DNA from: Lingula anatina
Lineage: Eukaryota > Animalia > Brachiopoda
Reading direction: 5' to 3'
DNA length: 64,000 nucleotides
NCBI GenBank assembly: GCA_051362555.1
Contig: CM120649.1
Location: forward strand, 14,322,001-14,386,000
Numbering within the stretch: position 1 is the first letter of the stretch; each line of letters begins with the position of its first letter. The translations under genes were made by a program, and so were the position numbers. Under the pieces are notes generated by a model. The model had not been told where the DNA came from, did not search any database, and saw only the letters and a list, made by a program, of their open reading frames with translations. Of this stretch, positions 52,152 through 64,000 are shown in pieces.

Positions 52152-55100
52152 GTAGGCTTGTTAAGAGGTCAAACGCTGCATTTTATAGTACAAATGACTA
52201 ACTTGGCATAAATGTACCTTGGGCCAAAAGAAAATTTTTTATCCAAAGAGACGCCCTCTATCGATACATTAATTAGCATAAATTATGCAAATTATATGCC
52301 AAAATATATAATATTTCATATTTCCATTAATTTTTGGCCTAGAAACATGTGTAGATTATCAAACCTGACTAAATAAGGGACAAGGAACCCATTTTTGATC
52401 ATTTGGAAGCTATTGGTGGCCATTTTGTGCCTCAAATCCAAGATGGCCGCCACCCGCCATTTTGAAAGTGGACATAATTTTGCTATTTTATGTTGAATTT
52501 TGAAGCGTTTGGTCTAACTATACTTGATATATATATCGATTCCTCCTATTTTGTGGGTGCAAAAGTCATTTTTGATATTGTTATGGTGATAGTAGGTGAT
52601 TTGAAGAAACAAAGAGGGTGATTTAAGTGCCTACCAAGATATGTGTGAAGACTGCGAAACCATGGATATTGATAACCCGTATTCAAATATATCTCAATGC
52701 AATTTTTTGTTATATACTATCCATAATGGACTAACTTATGAGCAAAAAAAACTCATTTTTACCATAATGGAGGCCATTGTGGACGTTTTGTCCCTCAAAT
52801 CCAAGATGGCCGCCAAAAGCCATTTTGAAATTGGGCATAATTCGCTATTTTGAAACTATATGTATTACATCTTTGTAAATGAGTAATATTTATATTATTT
52901 TCTGGTGTAGAATACATTATTTGTTTCATCAAGTTTGTGCCTCAAATCCAAGATGACCCTCATACGCCATTTTCAAATTGAGCATTATTCACCATTTTGA
53001 AACTATCACACCTTCATAAGCGTGCCATACGTCATTTTTGATTATTTCCTGGTGCAGAATGCATTTTCGGTTTCATAAAATGTAAATAGAAACTTTTATA
53101 AGCCTCCAAATAAATATAGGATTCAGTCGCCACATGGGCCTGCAGTTTATGTGTACAATTAGTAATCCAATTAGTGCAAAACTGCTTTTGCCCGATCTAT
53201 AAAATAAGTGTCAGCAAACAAAATGGCTGCATTAAAGCAAAATAATGCATCTTTGACCACATGAGGATAATTGTTAGCCATTATTTTGATCAAAACCAAG
53301 TGTTGGTTGCATGCCGCTATTTTAATAATTTGGTGTAATTTATAACCTTTGAACTGTGGGCTTGTATTAGGTAAAATGGTACTATTCTGGGGGCTCAAAA
53401 GTAATTTTCCGGTGCTAATTTGGTGACAGAAGATAATAAAAAGGTACCGTAATATAAGGTTGTGAAATAAATTCCAAGATGAGTTTCGTTGAGTCTGTAA
53501 CAAAAATGTGGAACCCGAACCACATGCTCAAATATATCATCTAGATTTATCTTAAGTGACCATCCACTAAAAGATACTGAATAATTTAAAGGTAAGCAAT
53601 AAATATATATACATAGTGGTATTATATTATTAATCTTTTACTGGTCAATGTGAACCAAAAAGCCACATGTACATTTATGTCCCAGTCACTGGGGCTTGCA
53701 TTTGCATGTTAAATATAGTCCAGAAAATTTGAAGGGTGAAATATGTGTCGTCTTATAATACTATGGAACTTGTTTAGTTGTATTGATGCGAAAATGCCCG
53801 TGAAAGACAAGCAAATGGACTTTGCTTTGAAATCGCTCCAGATCTTGTCTGCAAAATCATCCAGCAGCACAAAAAAAAAACAAACAAACAAACAAACAAA
53901 AAAAACATGCATGATCAGCTCTGGTAGGCCAATAAGACAACAGCCAGTAAGAATTGAGGTTTTGTCAGTGTCCTATGAGAAACAGCCAAACAATATATTA
54001 AAATCCAGTTTCCAGAGAAACATCAATGCATGAGAACGTGTCGCATCAGAGGAAAGTGGTATCTTTACACAAAAGAAGGAATCTGCAAAACCAACTAGAA
54101 AGCAGCAGCTGCGCAGGTAGGCAAGAGGGATAAAGCAAAAAAGTCGAGGAAGCAGCCTCTTTTCCTAGTTGACAGTGCCAGTGATCATTCCTAGCATGAT
54201 TTGGCCAGACAAGTCATCTCACTACCAATAGAAATCCATAAGGCAACTACATAGTTCTCATTGTTTCCAATGGACGAACAAGCACACAGCATCTACAGTA
54301 TATGACAACTACAGGAAAATTCATCTTGGAATCATCTTAAAACACCTTATGCCTTTGTTATTATCCTCTGTCACCAGAATAACACCGGAAATTAATTACG
54401 TACTTCCAAAATAGTATCAATTGATGTATTACGATCATATATGAAAGTCCAACAGCTCAAAAAGGTAAATTATGCCATCATTTTAAAATAGTGACAGGCT
54501 CTTGGATATGAACAACAGAATAGCTAACAGTAGTCACCATAAAGTCGAATCAACCATGCTGGTCTCTTGCACTTAATCTATCTCTGGCAAAACCATTTTA
54601 TAATTGTTATATAACATATTTTTGCACAAATTTGACTTCAAGACGTATACAAGCGAAGGTGCAGACGTAAGCCTGTATTGGTGTTGGAGCCTTGTAATAT
54701 TTTTTTTTTTTTTGTATTATATCTCAGAAGAGATAAGACACGACTTCTACAACACAAATGATAAGAAACGATGTATAACATGCTAGTGTAAGAGCAATAG
54801 CTTCAAATTGATGAGTTATGCCTCACCCGTATTTCAAAATTGTGACTGGCGGCCATCTTGGATTTGAGGATCAAAATGACTACCAATTGTCTCCAAAGCA
54901 GCAAGTATGTGTTCTTTACCTTTAATTAAGCCATTTCGGTCTTTGACGCTTGTTTCAAGCTCTTTAGGATTTAATAAAACATTTTGTACTAATAAGACTA
55001 CATGGCACATGTAAGTCTATTTGACAACTTAAGCCTACATGCATATTGATTTTGGAAGCTAAAATAGTTTGTACTCACATTTCATGAAACAGATAATGTA

Positions 55101-55877
55101 TTCTGCACCAGAAAATAATATAAAACGACGTATTACTCATTTACAAAGATGTAATACATATAGTTTCAAAATAGCGAATTATGCCCAATTTCAAAATGGT
55201 TTTTGGCGGCCATCTTGGATTTGAGGGATAAAACGGCCACCAATGGCCTCCATAATGGTAAAAATGTGTTTTTTTGCTCATAATATAGTCCAACAGCGAT
55301 GGTATATAACAAAAAATTGCATTGAGATATATTTGAATACGGGTTATTAATATCCATGGTTTTGCAGCGTTCACACATATCTTGGTAGGCACTTAAAACA
55401 CCCTCTTTGTTCCTTCAAATAATCTACTATCACCATAACAATATCAAAAATGACTTTTGCACCCACAAAATAGTAAGAATCGATATATATATCAAGTATA
55501 GTTAGACCAAACGCTTCAAAATTCAACATAAAATAGCAAAATTATGTCCACTTTCAAAATGGCGGGTGGCGGCCATCTTGGATTTGAGGCACAAAATGGC
55601 CACCAATTGCTTCCAAATGATCAAAAATGGGTTCCTTGTCCCTTATTTAGTCAGGTTTGATAATCTATACATGTTTCTAGGCCAAAAATTAATGGAAATA
55701 TGAAATATTATATATTTTGGCACATAATTTGCATAATTTATGCTAATTAATGTATCGATAGAGGGCGTCTCTTTGGATAAAAAATTTTCTTTTGGCCCAA
55801 GGAACATTTATGCCAAGTTAGACATTTGTACTACAAAATGCAGCGTTTGGCCATTTTTTGGTCCTTAACAAGCCTAC
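52152..55877. mobile_element. Foldback-type element, copy 2, inverted relative to copy 1
   Basis: Same TA|gtaggcttgttaag termini. The internal region is the reverse complement of copy 1 (ORF 6359+ vs 53503-). The arm-specific ggaccaaaaaatggcc variant is at the right end here. Confidence 0.85.
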
Positions 55878-56248
55878 TAGTAGTACAGGGACAATAAGAT
55901 AACGTACTAGTACTTATCACACTTGTATTTCAACAATAGAAAAAAGTATTTATGCTCAAGCAACCCTTCCTTAGACAAACCATGGACGAATAATTCGTCC
56001 TTAGACAAACCAAGCCAGTTCTTAACAAAAGTGGGCTCTCTCACCTCACGTGTTTGAGTCCCTCAGCATATCTGCTTAACCCTTATTATCACCCCTCATT
56101 TTACGCTTTGTACACTCAACAACGCGGGACTGCGTTTAACCTTAACTCAACCCATTTTATTGTCAGCTAGCGCCAAGGTAACCAGCGTCTGTCGAGTGAG
56201 TTGGCTAGAAGTGGGACAGACGCGCACCGAGGCTGTTAAAGCGAAATC

Positions 56249-59200
56249 ATGTCGTCTCAAACGAACGCCGTTTTGCTCTTTGTTTTTAGCTCTTGTGTGA
56301 TCGATTTCTCGCTGGGACAGGACAGTAAGTACTCTGCGAGATTCTTATTAATTATGTTGTTAATTCTATGAACGAAATAAGAAAGCTCAGAACAGTGGGT
56401 AAGTACTGTACCTTGGTGGCCTCGTAAAGTAGGCAAGCGTGTACATGCACTGCCTCGGCCCCGATATGAAGGTTCACTCAGATGAGACCATAAGAATATT
56501 GCGATCTTGATTTTACACTAGTATTTCAACCATAATATAAACATAATTTGTGTGTCACGGCAGTCAGCTTTTCACGAACTACACGTGCTCCTACATGCAA
56601 ACGGGACGTTTAAATTGTTAATTGTTAAATTGTTCCTGGTAGGCCTATATAAAACTATCTTAATCGCCTTAGTTCACTGTTTCACATATATACTGGCAGT
56701 GGATAATAATCTTCAACTCTTACACAAAGCTCAGTCGTTAACTTTAAAAGGTTGCGGACAGTTGAGTGACAATGACCACACATTTTAATGACCACACGTT
56801 CTTAAAAGAAGTAAAGGATCGACTGAAACCAAATTGTCAAAGTACTTCAGATCTTTATCTAGATCAGTACATGTATCTGGAGGTTTTCTAACTACTTTGC
56901 TAGGATTGAAATTAAATTGCATAAAAATATCTGTGAATATATCCAGTGAAAAATCTGTCTGTGGCTCGGTAGATGGTGGCAGTTGTCCACTGAAAATGAA
57001 CAAACTAGACAAGTTTTCTCAAAACTAGCAAGAAATTGCCAATAGTTTTTGGGCCACTGCTACTGATTTATGCTGTCCCACATTGTAATTTTTGGCCTTT
57101 GTACGTTTTATGCGTCAATCCTTGCAATTTATCACTTTGTTCAGCATTGGTTTATTCAGATTGGACGTGATGAAATGTTTTCTATGCATACGAGTACATT
57201 CGAAACCTCTCTTTCAAAAATTCACAACAATCCAAGAGTGACTTAAGGTCTGGCTTCACTTAACTTGGAACCACCTTACTTGGTGGAGCTCATATCATTT
57301 TGCGTTTTCGTTTGCATTTTTCGTTTATGACTGCGTTCAGATTCAAACATCGAACCAGCTGAATCAATCCAACTCTGAAGGGGATTTTCGCTTAAGTGCA
57401 TTCAGTGTAATTATCTTAAACATGCCTCCTTGAGTTCATTAGCTTATCCCCCCAGCAACGTGGGAACAGTTAAAAAGCCTCCGTAACTGCTGGGTCATTT
57501 GAAGTTTTTTATTTATTTATTTGTTTGTTTGTTTATTATCTAGTTGTTTTATTATTATTATTATTTCATTTCTATAAAGGCCTCTAGGTCTTACACGCCT
57601 ACATCTACTTGTACATGTATAACACGTAACATGTGTAATTCTGCTCGCTATATCATAATGTATACATACATACAGCAATTATAGAAAATATTACTACAAC
57701 TACTATTACTACTACTGTAGTAGTATACATGTAGAACTACGAACCGGCCTTTCACTCAGTCGAGTCTCAGTCTCAGACTCGCTGAAATCTCTATGCTCCA
57801 ACCTTAGCATAGCATGAACATCGTAATAACTGACAGTGGATAAACAGGGAGGTAGCGGGAAATATTTGATGACAAGGAAAAAAGATTTCCATTGATGACT
57901 GTGACAAAAGAAAAAAACAGGGTTGTAAGTGTCACTGAAGAGGGACATATGGCTCGCTGGCAGGCGATGTCCCCAACACAAACGTATTGTTTAAGCAATA
58001 AATGTGTTACAATTTGTCAGAAAGTTATTGATGGTCACTTAAATTTGGTTTGTTGTCTACACAGGGTAATTTTGTAGCATGAGTATGCAGACATTTGGAA
58101 CGAGTGGAATTTTCTGTTTATTCCTCTGCGGAACAAGCTCATGTTCATTCAGCAAGATTAGATCACCCCCATACCCGCCGCCCTTAACTTCTTCTTACCA
58201 TAGCGTTTGGGTTCCGATGTGACAGGAATGGTAGGTAGTCGGCTACTAGTAGGAACCGTAATCCGATCCCCATTACTTTGTACAGGTGACATTCGTCCCA
58301 TATACTAACCCCAATACTTCGACTATCCCTAAACGTTCTAATCATCACCATCAAAACGATTTTTTGCTGCTCAAGTTTTAACCTATTTCAAGAAAAGTTC
58401 ACTAAGAGGCCATTCAGAACAGATGATCCGCGAACCAACTGATCAGCCGACTAAATATGGCCGACCGGACTTAAAAGCAGAGCCGCTTAATCTCCTAGTG
58501 GTCTCCCCGCCTCCACACGCGCCATTAAACGGATAAAATCTCAGCTCTGGGGTTTTATTGCAAGGCCCCTGCAGCGAATGCGCGTGTGGAGGAAGAGAGC
58601 CTATCACTGGAGTTAGTCGGTGCTGCTTTTACGTGAGTCGGCCATATTTAGTCCACGGATCTGTTAGTGCGCGGATCAACCTGTTATGAATGCCCTCTAA
58701 TAGGAAAATGAGCTGATAGATTTGAGCCTTATCATCCTATCTTCCCTATCTCTCTCTCTTCCCTCCCTACCCTCCCCCCCCTCGACCCTCAACCACATCC
58801 CCAACCCGCCCCAACCAAACCTCCCTGGCCCTTTCTCAAAATTTGGACCCTTATAAAGTGATTGGTGAAGCGTGAAGCATGTTTGTTTATCTGAGACATC
58901 ACTAGTCACCTCCACTGATTGCGTGTTGATCTAGATAACGTATAATTTGTAATGTACGTAAGCAATTGTTTCCAGTACATGGTCATCGTGTTGTTTGTAC
59001 AAAATGTACCTGGTCACTGGGTTTTTGTTGTCGCTGTTCACGATATAGATAACAGCCAAGTGCTTAGCACCACCGTAAATAATACACCATTTTCACCAGC
59101 ATCTTTGTAACTGTGTGTTTTGGTCTAATCTAGTCTACTATTATTTGAAAGCCAATGAGATAATCAGAAATAAGAATGGCATGGCTATTAGTAAGTCTCC

Positions 59201-60001
59201 GATCAAACGAAATGGATCAAAGGCATGATATGAAATAGTGTAACGTATCCAAGCTGTAACTCTTTATCTCCATGGATTTTTGTCTATCTTTCAGGTGGTT
59301 TTTCAGGAGAAGTGGGTGGGATCTCAACAGTCGGTATCATATTCATCCCAATAGTCGCAGCCATAGTGCTGGCGGGACTTGTCGTCCTCTGCTGCAGAAG
59401 AACCATCTGTCGTCACGTCAAGAAGAAACCAAACTCCCCAGTGCAATCCCCGTCCTCGCAACAGCTGACAAAACATGAGGTCCACTTGGCATTTACTACT
59501 AATCCTCCTCGACCTTCAAAACACAGGTTGAAACACAAGCATCCAAGAGAGATCAAAGTGCGAATTAACAGCGACGGCGATTCTGAGCGCGGGGATACCG
59601 AAAGCGAGTACGCAGATGACGAAATGGACGGTGACGGTTCTGAAAGTGACGTCACGTGCCAGTATGACGTGGCAAGGAATCCGTGTAAATGCCGAAATAA
59701 CAAATGCAAATCTTATTACTATACTACAGATTCAGATACTGACGAAATGAGTGAAACCCACATGTCAAACCCTCAAGACCGCCAAAAGCCCCTCTGTGCA
59801 ACATCCCACTACCCTTACGAGTCCGATAGTGACGTCAAAGATGACGTAACAGCAAAGTTTCGTTCTGGTCACCATGCAAAGAACACAACAGACAGGCCTG
59901 TCTTCACAATTGATGCGCCAGAAATGCAAATGGATCATTCTTACTATGCAGCTGATGACATAACGTATAACCAGTATCACAATGCATGTTATGAAACGTG
60001 A
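56249..60001 (+). CDS. Single-pass membrane protein T2 (260 aa), paralog of T1
   Basis: Exons 56249-56324 (MSSQTNAVLLFVFSSCVIDFSLGQD, 76 nt as in T1, A|GTAAGT) and 59295-60001 (TM VGIIFIPIVAAIVLAGLVVL, then CCRRTIC, basic and acidic tracts, ends PVFTIDAPEM...YNQYHNACYET*). Confidence 0.78.
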
Positions 60002-62069
60002 CAGGAGTTGGCGGTCCCGTTTTTGCGGCCATGTTGTCAAATGTTTACAAAGGAAACGGTGTTACTACGATCACTATTGTTATATAAGGCTTCTTATCGA
60101 TGTGAACCGTCGCTTCTGAGTTCCTTTGTGTTTTCCTTTCCCTCATATAGACCTTACGTTACAGCTGGGCAGAGAACAGCCATTCCACAGCGACCCTCCA
60201 TAGCTTACGATTGAAGAAGTTGGTTTTATTGTACTTTCATAATTAGGAGTTACACCGGTGCTAGCGTTTTCGTTACTGAACGAATCACTAGTCATCGGTT
60301 GATCACATATCTATTTCAGGTGATAAATTTCATTTGACTAGGGAAAATTTAATCGATTTAAGCTGACAAATCTAACTCGACTTAGTTTCGTTTCATATAA
60401 AAATAGAAAAGACCGCTAACATCGTTTTGTTTTTCGTTCCTTTAAGTTTGTCCCAAAACTTAACTTTGACTGCTTACCAATGGATATTGCTCTCCTTTTA
60501 CGACGAATAAATATCTCAAAATCGGCTTTACGTAGCCGCCTATCCGAGTTGAGCAGTTTTAATTTAGCCATAAAACGCACGGGTTCCAATGAATCAGTCC
60601 TAAAGTATCCCGTAGTAACTGTCGCAGCAACGAGTAGGCCGTTCTGAGATACAAGCTTCCGCTATGTAGATGCATAGATTATACAAACACGATCCCAATT
60701 TTTAATTAACAATCAAGCTATACATGTACTGAGGTTTTTAACACAAGCAGTATGAGCAGTCACTTTCACAAGTGTAAGGAGTTAAAGAATTATCCCAAAT
60801 ACAAGGTAATCATTTTTTAGTTAATTTTCATTACGTCATTATAATTTAATAGCCCTATCGCATAATTGTCTTTACTTTCCCCGTGTCGAGTATCCCGTTG
60901 ACTCCCTTCGCCACAAAAGTTTTTATTTTCTGTAGTGCTATAAATACTAGTCAATAAGCACGAGTCAATGGGACATGAAGGGCGTTTTGATCGACCAAGT
61001 TTTGGTGTAAACAGGGTTGTTACCTACCTTTACTATATTTAGTGCGTTCTATCTCGCTGGACATGAGGAAGCGTTTCTTTCACACACGTGTCTTAACTTT
61101 TTCAGGTTCACCTGCACTAGAGACGAAATTTGATAGATAGAAAGTTATTTTGATGACAGTGACACAGACATAGCAAAAACTCTGGATACGTGTGGCGATA
61201 TAAGTAAAATTACAATAAGAGAAATACGATTCCGACCAAGGCAGACTAATCAAAAGAATTAAGTCACATAAGAAGAAAAAGATCTGAGCTTTGTCTCATT
61301 TAATTTTAAAAGAAGATTAAAAGAAGATTAATTCTGGACCACGTTACAGAGGACAGTGGCATCCCAAGCTGGGACCCTAGATCACAGTGTGATCGTGTCA
61401 TTTAAGTTAACATCCCATAACTTTAGATTGGCCTACGTTTTATTTAGTTGCTTTGTAGTAGTATTAAACGGTAAGAGGGGCCAAATGCATATTTTTTTCC
61501 TCATGTCTATTTCAAGCAAGTATATCCCGTGTTCAAAGAAATTAGCACCGCCGTGTCCTTTTAAATGTCCTTTTTTCTCTATCTGTTAAAAAATAGCTGA
61601 CAGAAAACTTAAAAGGCATACTCACCAGTACATATCATTTCAATGGCAGCTATGTGGTGTGCCTTGTTATTTTTTAAATGTAAATATCTATATTGTACAA
61701 TGCGGATTTTCTCCCTCTGATATCACCGCCTTTAAAATAGTAAACAAAATTAAATTATAGCCCGAAACAATTCATTTCCAACAGACTGGTTCTTATATAT
61801 ATTCCATATAAGTTGTGATTCTTATATATTTCATTCACCACCATTTATATAAAATTATTCACACATTTATATACATTTCAAACGGAACCTGTGGTAAGAG
61901 CGCATAGTACGTAGTGGATTAGCTGTGGCGTAAAGCACCCGAAGGACAGAGTTAAGGGGCACTGATGCGGGGACGAAAGGAGTCACGCCGAGGTCAAACT
62001 GACAATGTCTGCACGTTTTTTTTAGATCCGCTTACAATTTGAATGCAAGGTCGTCTGTGGTTCACAGGT

Positions 62070-62340
62070 CAGTGGAGCATTTGGAGGGGGTGTCAGGGGA
62101 GTCCTGAACCCCCTTCGATTTCTGAAAAAATTCACACCAATTAAAATTAGAATTTTGACTAGCTGAATCATAGCTCTAAACCGTACCAAATGGCACCGTT
62201 CGCTCTTAAAAATACCATAATATTTCGGAAAACACACGCCAAGGCGGGTGGGGGGGGACATGGTTGGCTTCGCATCCACGGCCTGTCGTACCTTGAAACC
62301 GGACCCCGCCCCTTCAAACAATCCTGGATCCGCCGCTGCA
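62070..62340. repeat. GC-rich short interspersed repeat
   Basis: cagtggagcatttggaggggg...cccc and cctggatccgccgctg hairpin-like termini, of a kind common in invertebrate non-autonomous elements. Confidence 0.35.
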
Positions 62341-63207
62341 TGTGTAACCTCTGCTCTCTGCCCTCAGTACGCCCCCCCCCCCCCCCTCCACTTAGCAAAC
62401 TATCCGACCTGCTGCAAATTCGCAGCTACATGTATTTTGTTGCAATATTGCTGCAAACTGCGATTCCTTCATGTAAATTCGCATCAAATTTGATGCAATA
62501 TGGCTGCAAAGCAGCAGCAATACTATTTTTCTTGCAAACTTCTGGAAACTCGTTGCCATAGACGTTTAGTGTGCAGTAATAGTTCATTAATTGTACCTTT
62601 TCATTTTACTACGGATCGGCAAAGTTTTCAGTTAACCAGGGTGCGCAGTTGGCAAAATACGAAAATTGGATGGACGAGATAATTATAATTGGTTATAGGG
62701 ACACTTTATGGATGGTAAAACGGCAGGAGCTGCTGAATACAAGCACTAACACAGGTACGGCAGGTTTTGTACCAGCAAAAATTATATACGTTCCTTGCAT
62801 TGTTAGGTGTTCTACTCATTTTTTTCCCAACACTTAGGCCTACTATAAATAAATACCAGACACACGAACGTAAGGAATAATAATTTTAGAAGTCGTGAAT
62901 CAAAGTGCAATGTGTTGCCTCTGTTCCGTTATAACAATATTGTACTTGCGAGGTTAATTGTACCGGTATATACCTGGTACGTGACAAAATTGGTTCATCT
63001 TTTCCTATGACGTAACGCCACATTCCCTCTTCCTTGAATAGTAATATTTACGCAATAGACGTCACTGCTATGAAAGCTGAGAGCAATGCGATGTGACTCA
63101 TAAGAGGTTGATCGATTTCCGTATCGTGTTATTTAAAGGTCTCGCATTTTCCAGTCAGTTTAGTAGAGTGGATTTATCAGTAGTTACCAGGAACAAACAC
63201 TCTTAAC

Positions 63208-63442
63208 ATGGGTTTATTTACTTTTATTTTAGTTTTCCTATGCTACGTTGTAATAACTGCCAGAAGGGTAGAAAGTAAGTGTTCGAACTTGTTAGTCTTA
63301 TTACTGTACTTTCATAATCAGGCATTAACTTTACTTTTCCGGAATTAAAATGATTTTTTAAACTTTTTTGCAATACCTTCATTTAATTCTATGAAAAATA
63401 GTGATGTATAAATGTACAATTCGTAGTTCATTTACCAAAAAG

Positions 63443-63490
<48 letters not shown>

Positions 63491-63885
63491 CTGTTTCTTA
63501 TTCTCTATATTTTAGAAGCCACATACTGTGAATTCGGATTCTAAATGTTTACAGTAGCAAAATTGATTATCTTTAATATTATATATCTATACATCATCTT
63601 ACTTATTTTATTACTGACTCTTAAAAAAGAGGAATGAGTGCCCCTGTTTCCATTGTAGGTCGTGGAATAGGCGGGATGCGGTTATTTGGCTCCATTCGCG
63701 CTGATGCAAACGCTCAAGCTGGCATAGTATTAGGCATCATTTTTGGGCTCGTCTTCCTCGTTGCCATGGGGTTCTGCATCTATGCCATATGCAAGGATCA
63801 CTGCAGCTGCTGTAATGATAAAGACAATGGAGAGAGGACTAAAAGGAAGAAGAGAAATCGGGTTAAATTCACAGACGGAAAATGA
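63208..63885 (+). CDS. Short single-pass membrane protein T3 (97 aa)
   Basis: Exons 63208-63274 (MGLFTFILVFLCYVVITARRVE, phase-1 A|GTAAGT) and 63659-63885 (TM GIVLGIIFGLVFLVAMGFCIYAI, then CKDHCSCC, and KRKKRNRVKFTDGK*). Confidence 0.7.
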
Positions 63886-64000
63886 AACGAATATAACCAT
63901 ATCACAGGCGTAGTGAGAGGCGTAGTGAGAGGTGCAGTAATACTACTTCTCAGGGAGATTTAACTAGGCACACGACCTTTTCCACATATTTTTATCATAA

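Noticed and set aside
56785-57200. Possible coding remnant in the T2 intron (- strand ORF 56785-57012)
   Set aside because: No recognisable motif or supported splice structure. It could be old TE debris and needs a BLASTX search.

Overview
AT-rich, intron-containing animal genomic DNA. It is probably from a marine invertebrate, but the taxon cannot be fixed from sequence alone. Most ORF-track entries are noise or exon fragments. Manual splicing gives three main components. (1) A tandem array of divergent 7-exon SLC16/MCT-like MFS transporter genes: four full + strand copies (A 9605-13497, B 15903-22776, C 25277-31502, D 38447-45975), a - strand paralog running off the left edge, an extra in-frame first exon upstream of D, and a decayed exon-1 fragment. 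(2) A cluster of three related small single-pass membrane protein genes (48605-50012, 56249-60001, 63208-63885) with signal peptide, tiny ectodomain and juxtamembrane Cys cluster. Two have acidic Tyr-rich tails with a shared C-terminal motif, and the third ends in an RVxF motif, so they resemble transmembrane adaptor proteins. (3) Many mobile elements: two oppositely oriented ~3.7 kb TA-flanked foldback elements with ~0.8 kb TIRs, a rearranged mariner, a Tc1 remnant, a LINE ORF1 remnant, a tRNA-derived SINE, a Helentron/HINE-like element and several MITE families.
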